A DNA stretch of 64,000 nt. Origin: an uncultured Nitrospiraceae bacterium. GTDB taxonomy: Bacteria; Nitrospirota; Thermodesulfovibrionia; Thermodesulfovibrionales; Dissulfurispiraceae. The position numbers and the translations under genes are program-made. Each line of letters starts with the position of its first letter. Position 1 is the stretch's first letter. The stretch covers positions 800,001 to 864,000 of the forward strand of contig CAVSHF010000005.1 of NCBI GenBank assembly GCA_963727805.1, read 5' to 3'. This document shows, piece after piece, positions 63,262 through 64,000 of the stretch. The notes beneath the pieces were generated by a model. It worked only from the letters and a program-made list of their open reading frames with translations. It did no database searches and was not told the origin of the DNA.

Positions 63262-64000
63262 ATGCCGTCGTCTAATATGATTATCATTCCTGCGGAGAAA
63301 CTTGTTGAAGGTTACGAATACGCAGTTGAGAACGGAAGTCGTCTGTTTAATGCTGCTCTTTTGCTATTGGATAAATATCCTGATAAAGCCCTTGCACTAG
63401 CACAACTTGGGCAGGAAGAAATTGGGAAATCGCTGACTATACTGGCTGCTTTTCACCTACCTGAAATTCCCACTGCTTGGACTTGGTTCTGGAAAGGCTG
63501 GAAAAGCCACACACTAAAAGCTCATAGAGCTTACCTTTATGAAATCATCTATCCATTGCGAATTGAGATGAAAGCTCCGGATGGGACAAAATACGCTGGC
63601 CACCCGTTACGAACCCCAATATCAAAAGAAAAGGAGTCAGGGCTATATGTAAATTTCGATGTAGCCTCAAGTTGCTTTGTCAATCCCATTAGTGATGTAT
63701 CAAATTTTGACGCTTTAGCACGCATCTCTACGCTATTGTATCTTAGCACAACAGCTGATGCCGTTCGGCGCGTGTTGCTCCATACAGACATACCGTTCCG
63801 GACGAAAGAATTCGGCGCTGTCGCGTTCAAAATTTGTAGCGAAGAGGTCTACCAACAGGATATGCCACAGATCCTCGAGCAGTTCGGAGCATCATCGGTA
63901 AGGCACGCCAAGATACTGCATGACCTGAACATGGCCTTGAGAAGTGTACCTCCAGGCTTCGAACATGCGACAGGACAACCTGTTGTTAACCAGTCTGATG
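63262..64000 (+). CDS. AbiV family abortive-infection-like protein, runs off the window
   Basis: Not in the ORF track. Open from ATG 63262 to the end of the window: ENGSRLFNAALLL..ALALAQLGQEEIGK, SHTLK, KESGLYVNF. Confidence 0.75.
   Translation, partial: MPSSNMIIIPAEKLVEGYEYAVENGSRLFNAALLLLDKYPDKALALAQLGQEEIGKSLTILAAFHLPEIPTAWTWFWKGWKSHTLKAHRAYLYEIIYPLRIEMKAPDGTKYAGHPLRTPISKEKESGLYVNFDVASSCFVNPISDVSNFDALARISTLLYLSTTADAVRRVLLHTDIPFRTKEFGAVAFKICSEEVYQQDMPQILEQFGASSVRHAKILHDLNMALRSVPPGFEHATGQPVVNQSD

Larger units (their letters stand above)
53950..64000. mobile_element. Tn7/Tn5053-like transposon, one end plus cargo (transposase and other end not in the window)
   Basis: Terminus TGTCATTTCCAAAAGATAACTTAAC, three spaced repeats, interrupted host gene, toxin/defence cargo. 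Confidence 0.65.

Noticed and set aside
63073..63275. Short open frame ..EYDDEAVIDGAGKVVDMSGVDPRR.. between the nuclease-LysM and AbiV genes
   Set aside because: No start codon near its 5' end and no recognisable family; at most a remnant
63549..63830. 93-aa minus-strand ORF
   Set aside because: Antisense shadow of the AbiV-like gene

Overview
Bacterial chromosomal window. Gene order and content (split b6-type Rieske/cyt b, futalosine mqnB, tRNA-Sec, many PAS kinases and HD-GYP proteins) suggest an anaerobe of the Nitrospirota/Desulfobacterota type; this is inference only. Bases 1-53.6 kb are mostly core genes: UPF0182 (partial), the pheA-hisC-aroF-tyrA-aroA-cmk-ispH-rpsA-sppA-HU-Rieske/cytb run, nadB-pyk, mqnB, mscS, selC, namZ plus a murU-amgK fusion, leuB-asd-metK-ahcY and miaA. 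Two signalling blocks are embedded: a kinase/regulator/CoA-ligase/LuxI-like cluster at 20.3-25.5 kb and a PAS kinase/NarL/MCP/hybrid kinase block at 38.7-46.9 kb. At 53950 a Tn7/Tn5053-like transposon end (TGT terminus plus three repeats about 20 bp apart) cuts a methyltransferase gene. Everything to the right looks like cargo: a secreted YD/Ig/propeller protein, an Rhs toxin with immunity gene, a GT51 transglycosylase-like gene coupled to a PD-(D/E)xK nuclease-LysM fusion, and an AbiV-like gene. Best candidates for an undescribed system are the transglycosylase/nuclease-LysM pair (possible glycan-sensing defence) and the CoA-ligase/LuxI-like/kinase cluster (possible non-LuxR autoinducer circuit). 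All calls come from motif reading by eye; no searches were run.
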